Shown: positions 1 through 14,960, numbered from the stretch's first letter. The stretch is DNA of 64,000 nt from Eledone cirrhosa (GCA_964016885.1 OZ024740.1:72850001-72914000); one strand, 5' to 3'. The notes: generated from the letters alone by a model not told the origin. A program made the numbers and translations.

Positions 1-53
<53 letters not shown>

Positions 54-356
54 ACCATAATGATAAAAACAAAAGAAATCTTGCAAAAGTGCCATAGTTT
101 CAAGACTTATTATAAATACATATTTCACCGTACTTTAATGTTTATTGTGTATGCCATGGAAAACATATAAGCCGCCAGTGAAACTGCATAGTCTATAAAA
201 AAGCATTTAATTCAAGCCTATCAAATTAAATTTTATTTATTTACTATGATTATTTGGGGGAAGGGGTGGGGCTGACAGAAATAGGATATTTATTTAACTG
301 TGTTTGTTGAGATGGTGACGAATAAAGTCGTTATTAATGTGGTTGTTGTCGTTAAT

Positions 357-413
<57 letters not shown>

Positions 414-416
<3 letters not shown>

Positions 417-617
417 TTTAAGTTTGGTGGCTCACCACTGGATAGAACTGGTCATTCCGTATAGCCAACCATGATGTAATATTAGGAAAAGCACTCGACG
501 TTATGCAACTCATCCATCTTGGATGTTGAATCTTGTTGGTGCGAGAACGGAGTTAATTATTATTGAGTAAAATGACAGGAGGCCAGACTGGTGAAATACC
601 TCCAAAGATTTATTCAA
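414..617 (-). mobile_element. 3' tail fragment of PLE-like short element, family A
   Basis: Diverged reverse complement of 25680-25862; flanked by (TA)n on both sides. Confidence 0.65.
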
Positions 618-635
618 TATATATATATATATAAA

Positions 636-984
636 TACGAGGTTTGTCCCAAAAGTAAGAGTACTGAAATTACAAGTTATCTCCTTCAAATTACGACCGT
701 TGGGAAATCAATCCAACGTTTTTCCATTGATCGTAGCAATACTGAAAGTCATTTTCTCTGAGTGTTCTTAGCTCGTGAGTTACAATTTTTGCAAGTTTTC
801 TGCAGTTCCAAAATGATGACAAAATTTCAGATCCATGGATCGACAAAATTCCAGACCTCATTCGTTCACTGAGTACGTTGGAACACGTTCTGGAGTTGCG
901 ACCGACAGATAGTATTAGCAATTGGAAGGGCCAATGGAAACATTGTTTCCTCGGTCCTATTTGACGAGCTCCACCACACTCGTA
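636..984 (-). mobile_element. Internally deleted mariner-type DNA transposon
   Basis: Ends TA-CGAGG and CTCG-TA. The minus strand encodes a mariner-like C-terminus (VTHELRTLRENDFQYCYDQWK...FEGD) with a frameshift. Confidence 0.7.
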
Positions 985-1396
985 AGGTATTACATACAAG
1001 GTATTAGATGATGCGTCAATATTATAAAAAAAACAGAAGAGAGATGGTATTATGTATATATCCTTTGTTTTTTACATAATCCTTTTAGGCAACCACATTC
1101 ATATCTTCAAAATGTACATAACAGGATTATGTAATAATCAGAGGGTGTATACATAATACCGCCTCTCTTCTTTTTCATTATATATATATATATATAAATG
1201 AGTTTTTCGAATATTAATAATTGTTTCTACTTTAGGCACAAGGCCAGCAATTACCCAGTAAATTACTGGTACTTTATTTTATCGACCCCGTAATATTAAT
1301 AATAACATTCGATTCGTTTGTAATTATGCAAACAAACCTCGATTTTATAGGCCTCAATTGAGGCTTGTTTGCATAATTGCAAACGAATCGAATGTT

Positions 1397-1570
1397 ATTG
1401 GCACAGTAGAGGGTCGGACGCCATGTTTTGACGCATAGAGTTACGGCCCTTGCCATTCTGAGTTCAAATCCCACCGAGGTTAACTTTGCCTTTCATCGTT
1501 ATCGGGACGATAAAATAAAGTACCAGTAATGCACTGGTTAATTGCTGGCCTTGTGCCAAAAGTAGAAACA
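1397..1570 (+). mobile_element. tRNA-derived SINE (octopus-type), with a partial inverted copy at 1221-1289
   Basis: B-box-like GAGTTCAAATC, body CTTTGCCTTTCATC...ATAAAATAAAGTACCAG, tail GGCCTTGTGCCAAAAGTAGAAAC; many copies in the window. Confidence 0.85.
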
Positions 1571-1628
1571 ATTATTAATATTCGAAAAACTCAGATTACA
1601 TTTATTGTATTCAGCCATGTAGAGCGAA

Positions 1629-1670
<42 letters not shown>

Positions 1671-1749
1671 TTCACTGCTTTACGATCGTTTCTAGATGAT
1701 GATAATACATTGTAGCTATACTTCGTTATTGATATATATATATATATAT

Positions 1750-1800
1750 CAGATTCCTGATGATTTCTAAAGAATGAAACAGTTCTAGTCCTGTAGAACC
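1750..1800 (+). ncRNA. Hammerhead-like core fragment, family C
   Basis: CTGATGA-tttctaaagaat-GAAAC...GTC between (TA)n tracts. Helix II is nearly identical to that at 54513; no convincing helix I. Confidence 0.45.
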
Positions 1801-1805
1801 TCATC

Positions 1806-1840
<35 letters not shown>

Positions 1841-1883
1841 GGATATGAGTGCATGTATGTTTGTGTCAGTGTCTGCATATATG

Positions 1884-1921
<38 letters not shown>

Positions 1922-2359
1922 CCACAAGAACTAGCGATCGCAGTGCCGAGTCTCGCTGCAACCATCCTTTCAAGGACACTTGGAATTGAGTTATAACAAC
2001 ATTATCAGCCCCACCACAACCAGGTGGACTTCGATATATATATAGAAATATATATTCTTGATTATCAATTTCTAATACTTGTTTATACGGGTCGAAACCG
2101 TTTCAGTCCTGGGGCTGAAATGAAACTTTTAAAACTTTTTCCTTGTTAAATTGTTAAACCTCATAGACCTCTTTGATTTTTACCTTTCTTAACATGTTCT
2201 ATTTGGTTATTGTTGCTCCGCTAACATCGTTTATAAATCTCCTTTGATACAAGTATTAATCCCAGTTGTTATCATTGAGAGGTTTGGCAGACGACAAGGT
2301 CGAAATAATTGCGAAGGTGTCTATGTATTTAGCAAAGTATCGATCTAAATCCATATTTA

Positions 2360-3210
<851 letters not shown>

Positions 3211-3591
3211 CATTAAATATGGATTTAGAGTACAATAACAACAATCACATGTAAACACACACAAACGCATGCGCAGAGACAGAGACAAGAATAAATAAAT
3301 AAATGAATAAAATAAAAATGGTATAGACATTACTATACAATGTGAGGAAACATAATAGTACGGCTGATGATGTCGCAGATGTGTGACGAAATAACTTTGA
3401 TAGACTATATATATATATATTTATATCTGTATTTTTAACCGTTGGTCAATGAATGATAAACATTGATTGCTAAATAAATTAACTATGGAGATATAAAAGA
3501 TACAGAAACGAAATCCAATCCAAACCAAACAGTGAGTGTGTTCTGTTATTATTTCTGGCAATATTATAAGAATATGACCCTCCCCAAGTAT

Positions 3592-3661
<70 letters not shown>

Positions 3662-3671
<10 letters not shown>

Positions 3672-3865
3672 TTAATGTAGAAAGGCTTCTACAGGACTAG
3701 AACTGTTTCATTCAGGAGAAATCGTCAGTGAGCTTCGCGCTGATTTCTCCGGAACGAAACAGTTCTAGCCCTGTAGAAGCCTTTCTACATTAAATATTTA
3801 TACTCTGCTTTGTATTGAGTACCTTACTTACTGTGGTTATCCCCGATTGAACCCGGGATAAACTT
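3662..3865. mobile_element. Asymmetric inverted pair of PLE-like element, family C
   Basis: Arms ~3665-3725 and ~3742-3800 are reverse complements. Minus strand has CTGACGA-tttctcctgaat-GAAAC; the right arm carries an extra tail; embedded in (TA)n. Another fragment lies at 8180-8283 (-). Confidence 0.7.
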
Positions 3866-3889
3866 ATATATATATATATATATATATAT

Positions 3890-4391
3890 AGGGTGACTTT
3901 GGACATCCTGCAGGACTAAAAACAAAACCTGTCAAAGACAAAGGAGCTCTTAAGAGTCAATGGCCATCCAAAATCACCGGGAGAGATGACCCCCTTAGCC
4001 TTTGTCAAGGCAGAATTCTAGGAGAAGGAAAACTCTGATATAATACCTGCAACCCTGATGGTATCCAATGATGTTGACTTGTTCTTCTTTTTGGTAAATA
4101 TCATCTTGGTTAAGAGAGTGGGACTGGCTTTGTGCAATGCCTTTGCTCACTATAAAAGCTTCACGCCACAGGCATTGCTTATATCTGGAGATCTCTCTGC
4201 ACTTGTCGTCACAGGGTACCATGGGCCCAGCACTATGTGTCAATAATTGTCACAAGTGTAGTGTTTGTACCAGAGCTTTCAAGTCGCTGGCTGGACTAAA
4301 AAGTCACACTCGTCAGCGCATCAGTAATCAGTAGGGGTTCTCCTACATGGATATGAAGTAGTGGCCGTACTCGAAAACGAGTTGGCAGCCG

Positions 4392-4392
<1 letters not shown>
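3890..4392 (+). mobile_element. Non-autonomous RTE-LINE derivative, 5'-truncated
   Basis: Same family as 8691-9298; retains RTE-like terminal C2H2 finger coding ([19 protein letters not shown]). Confidence 0.8.
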
Positions 4393-4438
<46 letters not shown>

Positions 4439-4469
4439 TATATACACACACACACATATATATATATAA

Positions 4470-5033
<564 letters not shown>

Positions 5034-5361
5034 GTGGGTGTATGGATGTGTGTATGTGTAAATACACATACACACGCATATATATATGTGTATGTGTATA
5101 CAATTTCCTGTAATACAAACTTCACCATGGGACAGTTCACAACATTTCAAACATGAAACTTGTATTACAAGAAACTGGCGGTTATTGATATAAACTAACA
5201 TAAATTATCTCGCAATTTTATGTTCAGACGTCTGTCAGTTTGCAATCTGTATTACATATAACAGTGTATCTCTTACAGCTACTACATTATGAGATTGCAC
5301 AGATACACGCACGACGCACATATATGTTTGTATATATATATATATATACGTGTATATATGA

Positions 5362-5436
<75 letters not shown>

Positions 5437-5449
5437 CGTGTATATATGA

Positions 5450-5608
<159 letters not shown>

Positions 5609-5726
5609 TGTATATATATATATACATATATGTATATATATATATACATATATATATATGCGTGCGTGTAGTATGTATATATTTATGCATATATGAATAT
5701 ATAAATATACATGTGGGTATGTATTA

Positions 5727-5795
<69 letters not shown>

Positions 5796-5964
5796 AGCAT
5801 ACATATGTTTATGTATATATAACAAAAGGTCTAGCTCGCTAGTCATTGACACGGAAGCAGTAAAATGACCATAAATTGTCGCGTAGCAACTGCACACAGG
5901 TGCAATAGTAAATATCATTACTTGATGAAAACTAGACACATATGTACAGATAATTGTATATAGG

Positions 5965-7278
5965 CATACATACATACATACATACATACATACATACATA
6001 CATACATACATACATACATACATACATACATACACACACACATACATACATACATACATACACACATACATACATACATACATACATACATACATACATA
6101 CATACATACATACATTCATACATACATACATACATACATACATACATACATACATACATACATACATACATTCATACATTCATACATACATACATACATA
6201 CATACATACATACACACACACATACATACATACATACATACACACATACATACATACATACATACATACATACATACATACATACATTCATACATACATA
6301 CATACATACATACATACATACATTCATACATACATACATACATACATACATACATTCATACATTCATACATACATACATACATACATACATACATACACA
6401 CACACATACATACATACATACATACATACATACATACACACATACATACATACATACATACATACACACACACATACATACATACATACATACACACATA
6501 CATACATACACACATACATACATACATACATACATACATACATACATACATACATACATGTAGATACATACATACATACATACATACATACATACATACA
6601 TACATACATACATACATACATACATGTAGATACATACATACATACATACATACATACATACATACATACATGGAGATACACACGCACACATACATGCATA
6701 CATACATACATGGAGATACACACGCACACATACATGCATACATACATACGTACATACATAGATACGTACATACATGTACATACATACATAGACACACACA
6801 TACATACACACATACATACATACGTACATATACACATACATACATACGTACATATACACATACATACACACATACATACATACATACACACATACATGCA
6901 TACATACATACATACACACATACATACATGTAGATACACACGCACATACATACATACATACATACATACATACATACATACATACATACATACATACATG
7001 GAGATACACACGCACACATACATGCATACATACATACATGGAGATACACACGCACACATACATGCATACATACATACGTACATACATAGATACGTACATA
7101 CATGTACATACATACATAGACACACACATACATACACACATACATACATACGTACATATACACATACATACATACGTACATATACACATACATACACACA
7201 TACATACATACATACACACATACATACATACATACATACATACACACATACATACATGTAGATACACACGCACATACA

Positions 7279-7309
<31 letters not shown>

Positions 7310-7430
7310 GCATACATATACATACATAGACACACACACACATACATACACACATACATACATACATACATACACACATACATACGTACATATATACATG
7401 CGTACATACATATATACATCTACATACACT
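5965..7430. repeat. Compound (CATA)n microsatellite with higher-order duplication (~330 bp)
   Basis: The variant block 6670-6960 recurs at 6997-7290. Confidence 0.95.
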
Positions 7431-7589
7431 CACTGTATCACAAGGGAACAGAAGACAGGTATGTATATGCGTCAATACTCATATATATATAGGCACAAGA
7501 TCGTATATGTGTATGTATATGTATATATATATATATATATCTATATAAATGTATGTACATATATATATATGTATATATGTAAATATATA

Positions 7590-7643
<54 letters not shown>

Positions 7644-7646
<3 letters not shown>

Positions 7647-7829
7647 CGAAGGAAATGTGGTAAGGAACCAGGTGGACCATAACGCACCAAAGTACTCAAT
7701 ACTTAGGGTAGTAGAGTGGGTAATAGGAACAAGTAAGACCCCGACGGCTGAGCTCAAGCCATTTCGACGGCTAATTCCAGAATTAGCCGTCGAAACGGCT
7801 TGAGCTCAGCCGTCGGGGTCTTACTTGTT

Positions 7830-7833
<4 letters not shown>
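7644..7833. mobile_element. PLE-like asymmetric inverted pair, family B
   Basis: Palindrome 7724-7833 plus an ~80 nt tail on the left, in (TA)n. Other copies at 9374-9564, 10501-10660, 23173-23329 and 37328-37512. Confidence 0.75.
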
Positions 7834-7924
<91 letters not shown>

Positions 7925-7963
7925 ATACATTAGGTTAACGCTTGAAATAGCAGGAAGAGGGTC

Positions 7964-7993
7964 GTAACATTTCAGACGCTGGTCCTTCATCAG
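7964..7993 (-). ncRNA. Minimal hammerhead-like core
   Basis: CTGATGA-aggaccagcgtct-GAAATGTTA; helix I not evident. Confidence 0.4.
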
Positions 7994-8299
7994 AAGAAAG
8001 AATGAGTAAATAGAAAGATTAAAGGGACGGGCGGGGTGGAATTGGAAATCAATATTTTAGACAAAAATAACAGGCCCAGTCATAGTAAATGTGTCCAGCA
8101 ATGTTATTTTACCCTATTTTTTTATGCTATTATTTATAGGAATCGACTGTTGTCACAACGTTTGGGGTTCCTGCATTTTCTACAAAGTATTTCAGGGGTA
8201 ACTACAGTAAGTAAGGTACTCAATACATGTGGAGTATATACAACAATATAGAAATTGCTCCTACAGGACTAGAACTGTTTCGAATTAAATTTTGTTATA

Positions 8300-8450
8300 T
8301 ATATATGTTTTTTTACATATTCCTTTGTTATATTCCAATACCTGATGATATCACCGGATTCATATGGAACCCGGTCATTGAAATGATCATAGTATAATAA
8401 ACCTTTCAAGGATTTACACCAGTCCAGCCTCCTGATATTTTATTTCATTT
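8300..8450 (+). mobile_element. PLE-like element family A fragment with variant HHR-like motif
   Basis: caat-ac-CTGATGA-tatcaccggatt-catatg-GAACCCGGTC-attg; matches 25590-25725. Confidence 0.6.
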
Positions 8451-8641
8451 ATATATATATATAAACAGAAAAAAATGAAACGAAATTTCATTTCTCACTC
8501 TTAGTACGGCTGTTACTTAAATATACTTATACATACTTATATTTATATATATATGTATTTAAAAGTGAAACAAGGTTCAATGATTGGAAGCACTCAACAG
8601 CAATGGTTTTCCAGAGTTATTAATATTAATTCAAATATATA

Positions 8642-8672
<31 letters not shown>

Positions 8673-8690
8673 GTGTATATATATATATAT

Positions 8691-9298
8691 GTCAGGTCAC
8701 CAGTTGGTGCTACTGGTAACATGTATCCCAGTACAACCTGTCTCATGGTCGGGTCGTTGGCGACTAAACTGGCAACCCCACCAAGGTTTCTTGGTGAGGA
8801 GGGTGACTTTGGACATCCTGCAGGACTAAAAACAAAACCTGTCAAAGACAAAGGAGCTCTTAAGAGTCAATGGCCATCCAAAATCACCGGGAGAGATGAC
8901 CCCTTAGCCTTTGTCAAGGCAGAATTCTAGGAGAAGGAAAACTCTGATATAACACCTGCAACTCTGATGGTATCCAATGATGTTGACTTGTTCTTCTTTT
9001 TGGTAAATATCATCTTGGTTAAGAGAGTGGGACTGGCTTTGTGTAGTGCCTTTGCTCACTATAAAAGCTTCACGGCACAGGCATTGCTTTATATCTGGAG
9101 ATCTCTCTGCACTTGTCATCACATGGTACCATGGGCCCAGCACTATGTGTCAGTAATTGTCACAAGTGTAGTGTTTGTACCAGAGTTTTCAAGTCGCTGG
9201 CTGGACTAAAAAGTCACACTCGTTCATCGCATCAGTAGGGGTTCTCCTACATGGATATAAAGTAGTGGCCGTACTCGAAAACGAGTTGGCAGCCACCA
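8691..9298 (+). mobile_element. Apparently full-length (~610 bp) non-autonomous RTE-LINE derivative
   Basis: Same 5' end (GTCAGGTCACC) as the copy at 9646. Has an RTE-like 5'UTR motif CTAGGAGAAGGAAAACTCTGA and a 3' C2H2 remnant; ends GGCAGCCACC, followed by (ATGT)n in the copies at 27284 and 40612. Confidence 0.8.
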
Positions 9299-9302
9299 TA
9301 TG

Positions 9303-9337
<35 letters not shown>

Positions 9338-9342
9338 AGATA

Positions 9343-9373
<31 letters not shown>

Positions 9374-9377
<4 letters not shown>

Positions 9378-9564
9378 CTGTATGACCCCGACGGCATAGC
9401 TCAAGCCGTTTCGACGGCTATTTCAGTCCAGAAATAGCCGACGAAACGGCTTGAGCTCTGCCGTCGGGGTCATATATTTTCCTATTACCCACTCTACTAC
9501 CCTAAGTATTGAATACTCTGGTGCGTTATGGTCCATCTGGTTCCTTCTCACAACTCCTTCGTTA
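9374..9564. mobile_element. Family B inverted pair
   Basis: Same sequence and architecture as 7644-7833, opposite orientation. Confidence 0.75.
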
Positions 9565-9579
9565 TATATATATATATAC

Positions 9580-9612
<33 letters not shown>

Positions 9613-9645
9613 TGTATGTATGTATGTATGTATGTATGTATGTAT

Positions 9646-10412
9646 GTCAGGTCACCACTTGGTGCTACTGGTAACATGTATCCCAGTACAACCTGTCTAA
9701 TGGTCGGGTCGTTGGCGACTAAACTGGCAACCCCACCAAGGTTTCTTGGTGAGGAGGGTGACTTTGGACATCCTGCAGGACTAAAAACAAAACCTGTCAA
9801 AGGGCAAAGGACCTCTTAAGAGTCAATGGCCATCCAAAATCACCGGGAGAGATGACCCCTTAGCCTTTGTCAAGGCAGAATTCTAGGAGAAGGAAAACTC
9901 TGATATAACACCTGCAACCCTGATGGTATCCAATGATGTTGACTTGTTCTTCTTTTTGGTAAATATCATCTTGGTTAAGAGAGTGGGACTGGCTTTGTGC
10001 AGTGCCTTTGCTCACTATAAAAGCTCCACGGCACAGGCATTGCTTTATATCTGGAGATCTCTCTGCACTTGTCGTCACATGGTAAAATGGGCCCAGCACT
10101 ATATGTCAATAATTGTCACAAGTGTAGTGTTTGTACCAGAGTTTTCAAGTCGCTGGCTGGTCTAAAAAGTCACACTCGTTCAGCAGATTGGTAGTGGTTC
10201 TCCTACATGGATATAAAGTAGTCGCCGTACGCGAAAGCTTTTATAGTGAGCAAAGGCACTGCACAAAGCCAGTCCCACTCTCTTAACCAAGATGATATTT
10301 ACCAAAAAGAAGAACAAGTCAACATCATTGGATACCATTAGGGTTGCAGGTGTTATATCAGAGTTTTCCTTCTCCTAGAATTCTGCCTTCACAAAGGCTA
10401 AGGGGTCATCTC
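9646..10412 (+). mobile_element. RTE derivative (9646-10232) followed by an inverted internal fragment (10233-10412)
   Basis: High identity to 8691-9298; 10233-10412 is the reverse complement of ~9849-10025. Confidence 0.8.
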
Positions 10413-10444
10413 AATATATATATATACATACATACATACATACA

Positions 10445-10480
<36 letters not shown>

Positions 10481-10500
10481 TACATATATATATATACATA

Positions 10501-10660
10501 TAAGGAAGGAGTTGTGAGAAGGAACCAGATGGACCATAACGCACCAGAGTATTCAATAGTTAGGGTAGTAGAGTGGGTAATAGGAAAATGTATGACCCCG
10601 ACGGCAGAGCTCAAGCCGTTTCGACGGCTATTTCTGAACTGAAATAGCCGTCGAAACGGC
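10501..10660. mobile_element. Family B inverted pair
   Basis: Same family as 7644-7833. Confidence 0.75.
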
Positions 10661-10720
10661 ATATATATATGTATGTACGTATGTATGTATGTATGTATGT
10701 ATGTATGTATGTATGTATGC

Positions 10721-10756
<36 letters not shown>

Positions 10757-10884
10757 TAAAATAACAGATATATATTTGCTCTACGGTTCTTATATATTTG
10801 ATATATATTTATCCTTATCGAGCCCTCTTTGGATTTTAGTCTTCAAATTTATTATTATTACTATATATATATATATATATATAT

Positions 10885-11045
10885 TTAATTGGAAAGTGAA
10901 CAACACAAAATATAACTGCTTCATTACCAAAGGTTTCTGGATCCCAGACCATATTAATATACGTCTGTTGTTCATTTTCTAATTAAATAGCTCTGATCTA
11001 TACATAGAGCCCTCTTTTTTCCTTTGCTTCTCCTTCGGAATTACC

Positions 11046-11050
<5 letters not shown>
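10885..11050. mobile_element. PLE-like inverted pair related to 57835-58276
   Basis: Minus strand GAAAC-CTTTG-GTA-atgaagc (3' half of an HHR); IR ttaattggaaagtgaacaaca/tgttgttcattttctaattaa; tail GCTC...GAGC. Confidence 0.6.
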
Positions 11051-11085
<35 letters not shown>

Positions 11086-11160
11086 AGACACACATATATA
11101 TATATATATATATATTCAGAAGACTACTGAAGAGGACGTTTTAACCCTTGTCTATTTTTA

Positions 11161-11226
<66 letters not shown>

Positions 11227-11754
11227 TTCTTTGCAAGACATATGAAGGAAAGTTGACATAAAACCAACAGAAAGTCTGTAAGTTGATAGGTAATAAAGAG
11301 ATCGTATAAAACTGTCACACACCAGAAATTATGTGTAACAGAATAAAGTAAAACTTAATATAGTGTTTCTCTTTCTCTCCCCACTCTCCCCCTCTCTCTC
11401 TATATATATCTTTCTGTATATCTATCTATCTCTCCCTTCCCCTCACACTGCCCTTCCCTTTTCCTCTCCTTCACCCTCACTCTCTTACTCTCACTCTGTT
11501 TCTATTTCTCGCAGAATGAACTGGAGCGACATGAAATAAAGTGTCTTACTCTAGGACACAAAGCGTTGCTGGAATTGGAACTCACAACCTTATGATCATA
11601 CGTTAAAATATGCTGCTTATACCAATCAATAGCAACTATCTTATAATTTTCCCCCGCCTTGGCTAGTGCCATATACATGTATATATACATATACATACAA
11701 ATATACATACATTCATACATACATATGTACATACACTACATGCAAATATACATA

Positions 11755-12960
11755 CCAGCTGAACTGGTCATTGCAAGAACTAAGTGAGATGGATGTTAGA
11801 ACTCGCAAACTTCTCAGTGTCACTGGGAACATTCACTGGTGATGTGGATAGGCTATACTTCTCACGCAAGGAAGGTGGCCGGGATCTAAAATCCATATTA
11901 ACATCATATGAGACCCGGATAGTAACACTGAAGCAACATCTTCAACAGAGGAAAAAGGTTGGCAACCATCTTGTCCTGGTTTATGAGTATGAAAAAAAAA
12001 TATCATTAGAATAGCCACTGATCTGGGGGAGAGATATGGAATAAAGCCTGATATAAATCTCTCACCCAGAGAAATCGGAAGATCCTATTCAATGTTCAAA
12101 CAAGATGAAAACATTGACCAATTTACAGAAAAAGTTGTGCATGGATACTTGAGACGTAAAACACAGGCCATAGAGGGGATAAACCACTCAAAAAGCCTGG
12201 CATGGAGTTCCGACAAGTTTATGACATCACACCTTGAGGGATATCTCTATGCAATACAGGAACAAGAACTCCCTACCAAATATCTGCTGCACAAAAGGGG
12301 AGGGCCATCAGCTGACAATAAATGTAGGCTATGTAAAACAAAGATCGAGGATATAAGCCACATTGTTGCCAACTGCGAAAGAATGTCATCTCGCTACTAC
12401 CTCCCATGTGGCACGATGGGATAGCTAGAACCATCTGGAACGCACTTCGGAAAACAAAATTAACAACAAACGAGGAAGAATATATTGAGACAGATGGCAC
12501 TAAGGAATACTGGTGGAACCTGAAAATAAAAACTGCCACCAAATTAATGCACAACCGGCCTGATATTGTTGTTTGGGACCACACATTGAAAACGTATTTT
12601 GTTGTGGAGATCAGCTGCCCACTTGATGTAAACGTTGTCAGAAAAATACAGGACCATTGATGAGGAGTTTACAAATCCAGTATCCAAGATACACCTTTAG
12701 CTTCATATCCATCATTATTGGAGCTACGGGTTATATACCAACTCGCTTGGACCAAAGTATGACTGAACTTGGATTTGCGGACAAACAGCGCAGCTCCCTA
12801 ATTCATAGTCTACAAATGGCTGCGATAGCTGGCACCTTCAAAATTTGCAAAACATTCTTGCGATTCAAGGGATGACAATTTCTTTTCTTTTACAACCTTG
12901 CCACCAGGAAGGTGACCGGTCAAAAAAATATACTCGAAATTAAGAGAAAGAGATAACATA
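11755..12960 (+). mobile_element. 5'-truncated, frameshifted R4/Dong-like non-LTR retrotransposon (RT C-terminus, CCHC knuckle, REL endonuclease)
   Basis: LYFSRKEGGR, AIQEQELPTK, CRLCKTKIEDISHIVANC, HNRPDIVV...VVEISCPLD (PD-(D/E)xK type) and IIIGATG across four consecutive ORF pieces. Confidence 0.88.
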
Positions 12961-13034
12961 AAATACATACAGAGATACATACATGCACTCCAGAATACAG
13001 ACACACACAGGTGCACGCGCACACACAAATATAT

Positions 13035-14004
13035 AGAAAGAATATAACAGAAATCTTTAAAATGGTTTGGCTTAAACATAACTATCACCAATAATTTAAC
13101 CACATTTATCTTCCTGGACATTAATTTATAATTCAAGACAGGCAAACACTAACGTTGTAGAATCGCTAATGAGGCTACCGTATATATAAGTGGGAATTTT
13201 AATCACACCTCTAGATATAATCAGGAATTTAGAAACGGAATTAGTAGAAAAATCTCCAGTATATTTTCAACTAGAGATATCTTAGATAAATCTGCGCGTC
13301 ATTACAAGAGGCGTGAGTGAGGAGTGGCATCACCCCTTCTCCATAGTGGAAGGAAATGAACCATGTCCTGGTTCAGGCCTCTGTTTAACCTAGGTGTCTC
13401 CATAAACATAGCTTGGAACTTTTAAGCCAAATCAGACAACACTTTTCAAGTACACATATACGCTGCAAGGTTTTTACTGTGCGAAATGTTAAGTTTATTT
13501 ACGCTTGTCTACATATTATCACTTTCAACATCGCACGCTTAGAATAGTAAAAATAGAAACATGTACGTATGCAACCTTTTATATTTTCTGAAAGCCACTT
13601 GCGACTGCCGAAATCAACCCACCTGTTTCACTGATGGAAAATTGCCTACATAAAGCAATGGTTTATAGAGTTTACCTTACTCCCACTAATGTTATTTAGA
13701 GGAACTACATGAGAACTACAGCCAATAACATCAATAGAAGGTTCACCCAGCATATATAGTCTTTCAGATCAAGGGAGATGGAAAATTCCACTTTCTCTTC
13801 TGTTTTATTTGGAGGCTCCGGGATCAGAGAATTTACTTATTCGGGATAACCTAGCGCCTTCTCAATAAGACTCCTTCATATTCACTTAAAACACGCAAAT
13901 GTCACTTTTGACTCTCAGAGAAGTTGCATATACTATAACGGCCAGCTGCATCCCTTCACAACAGGACTGATTTTTCAATCTGCTATCATCAACGGATCAC
14001 CTGA
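13035..14004 (+). pseudogene. Decayed Penelope-like (Neptune-type) ORF: RT C-terminus/thumb, Cys linker and GIY-YIG endonuclease
   Basis: Hand translation through stops and frameshifts gives ITEIFK..GLNITI..N, FLDINL, YISGNFNH, WFRPLFN..INIAWNF, RQHF, NVKFIYAC, CDCRNQPTCFTDGK-CLHKAMVYR, RRFTQH..SFR, FIWRLRD and KCHF*LSEK. Motifs and order match what I recall of Neptune PLE proteins. Confidence 0.82.
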
Positions 14005-14104
14005 TTAACTAGTTTTAGGTCATTCGTTGTTGTCATAATTCCATAAGTTTTAGGGGAAGCTTTAAATCCAATGGAGGTTGAAACGAAAGTAAGAAGAATT
14101 TAGT

Positions 14105-14288
14105 AGAAGAAGAAGAAGAAGAAGAAGAAGAAGAAGAAGAAGAAGAAGAAGAAAAAGAAGAAGAAGAAGAAGAAGAAGAAGAAGAAGAAGAAGAAGAAGA
14201 AGAAGAAGAAGAAGAAGAAGAAGAAGAAGAAGAAGAAGAAGAAGAAGAAGAAGAAGAAGAAGAAGAAGAAGAAGAAGAAGAAGAAGAA
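14105..14288. repeat. (GAA)n microsatellite
   Basis: Direct reading; others at 55997-56146, 58829-58959 and 62608-62720. Confidence 0.98.
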
Positions 14289-14488
14289 CTCGACTGGTGT
14301 GACGCGAGAAACTAAATATTTACTAGTTGACCGGAGATTTTATATAAATGAAAGATTTTAGATTTAATACAAAAACAACGAATAACATAAAATAAAAATT
14401 GTGAAAGAATACAAAAACAATAACGTCAACATCAACAGCAATGACAACAAGAACACCATTAACAACAACCACAACTACAACAATGTCA

Positions 14489-14520
<32 letters not shown>

Positions 14521-14826
14521 CACAAACAAAACGAAATCCATTAATTGATATATGAATGTTCTAATATGAGTGAAAGAAGCGGAAAAACTCTGGCTGACTC
14601 GAAAGACATTTAAAGACAGAGAAAGGATGTGGGGTCTTGAATAGAATTGTGGGGTTTATAATAGCAGTAATAACTGGAACACTGGGAGGTAAATACACAT
14701 ACATATACATACACACATATACATACACACATACCCCCCCCCCCCCATATATATATATATATAAACACACAAACACGCACTCATCCTCTCTCTTTCTCAC
14801 ACATACATATATATATATACGTATTC

Positions 14827-14897
<71 letters not shown>

Positions 14898-14922
14898 CAC
14901 ATATATATATATACGTATACAT

Positions 14923-14960
<38 letters not shown>

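Noticed and set aside
4250-4312. C2H2 zinc-finger gene
   Set aside because: Single finger remnant within a multi-copy RTE-derived repeat.
5724-7646. HTYI/MYVC-repeat ORFs up to 435 aa
   Set aside because: (CATA)n microsatellite.
7724-7833. Family B palindromes as pre-miRNAs, terminators or intact hammerheads
   Set aside because: Multi-copy mobile fragments with variable inversion points; only GAAAC is retained, with no CUGANGA in any copy.
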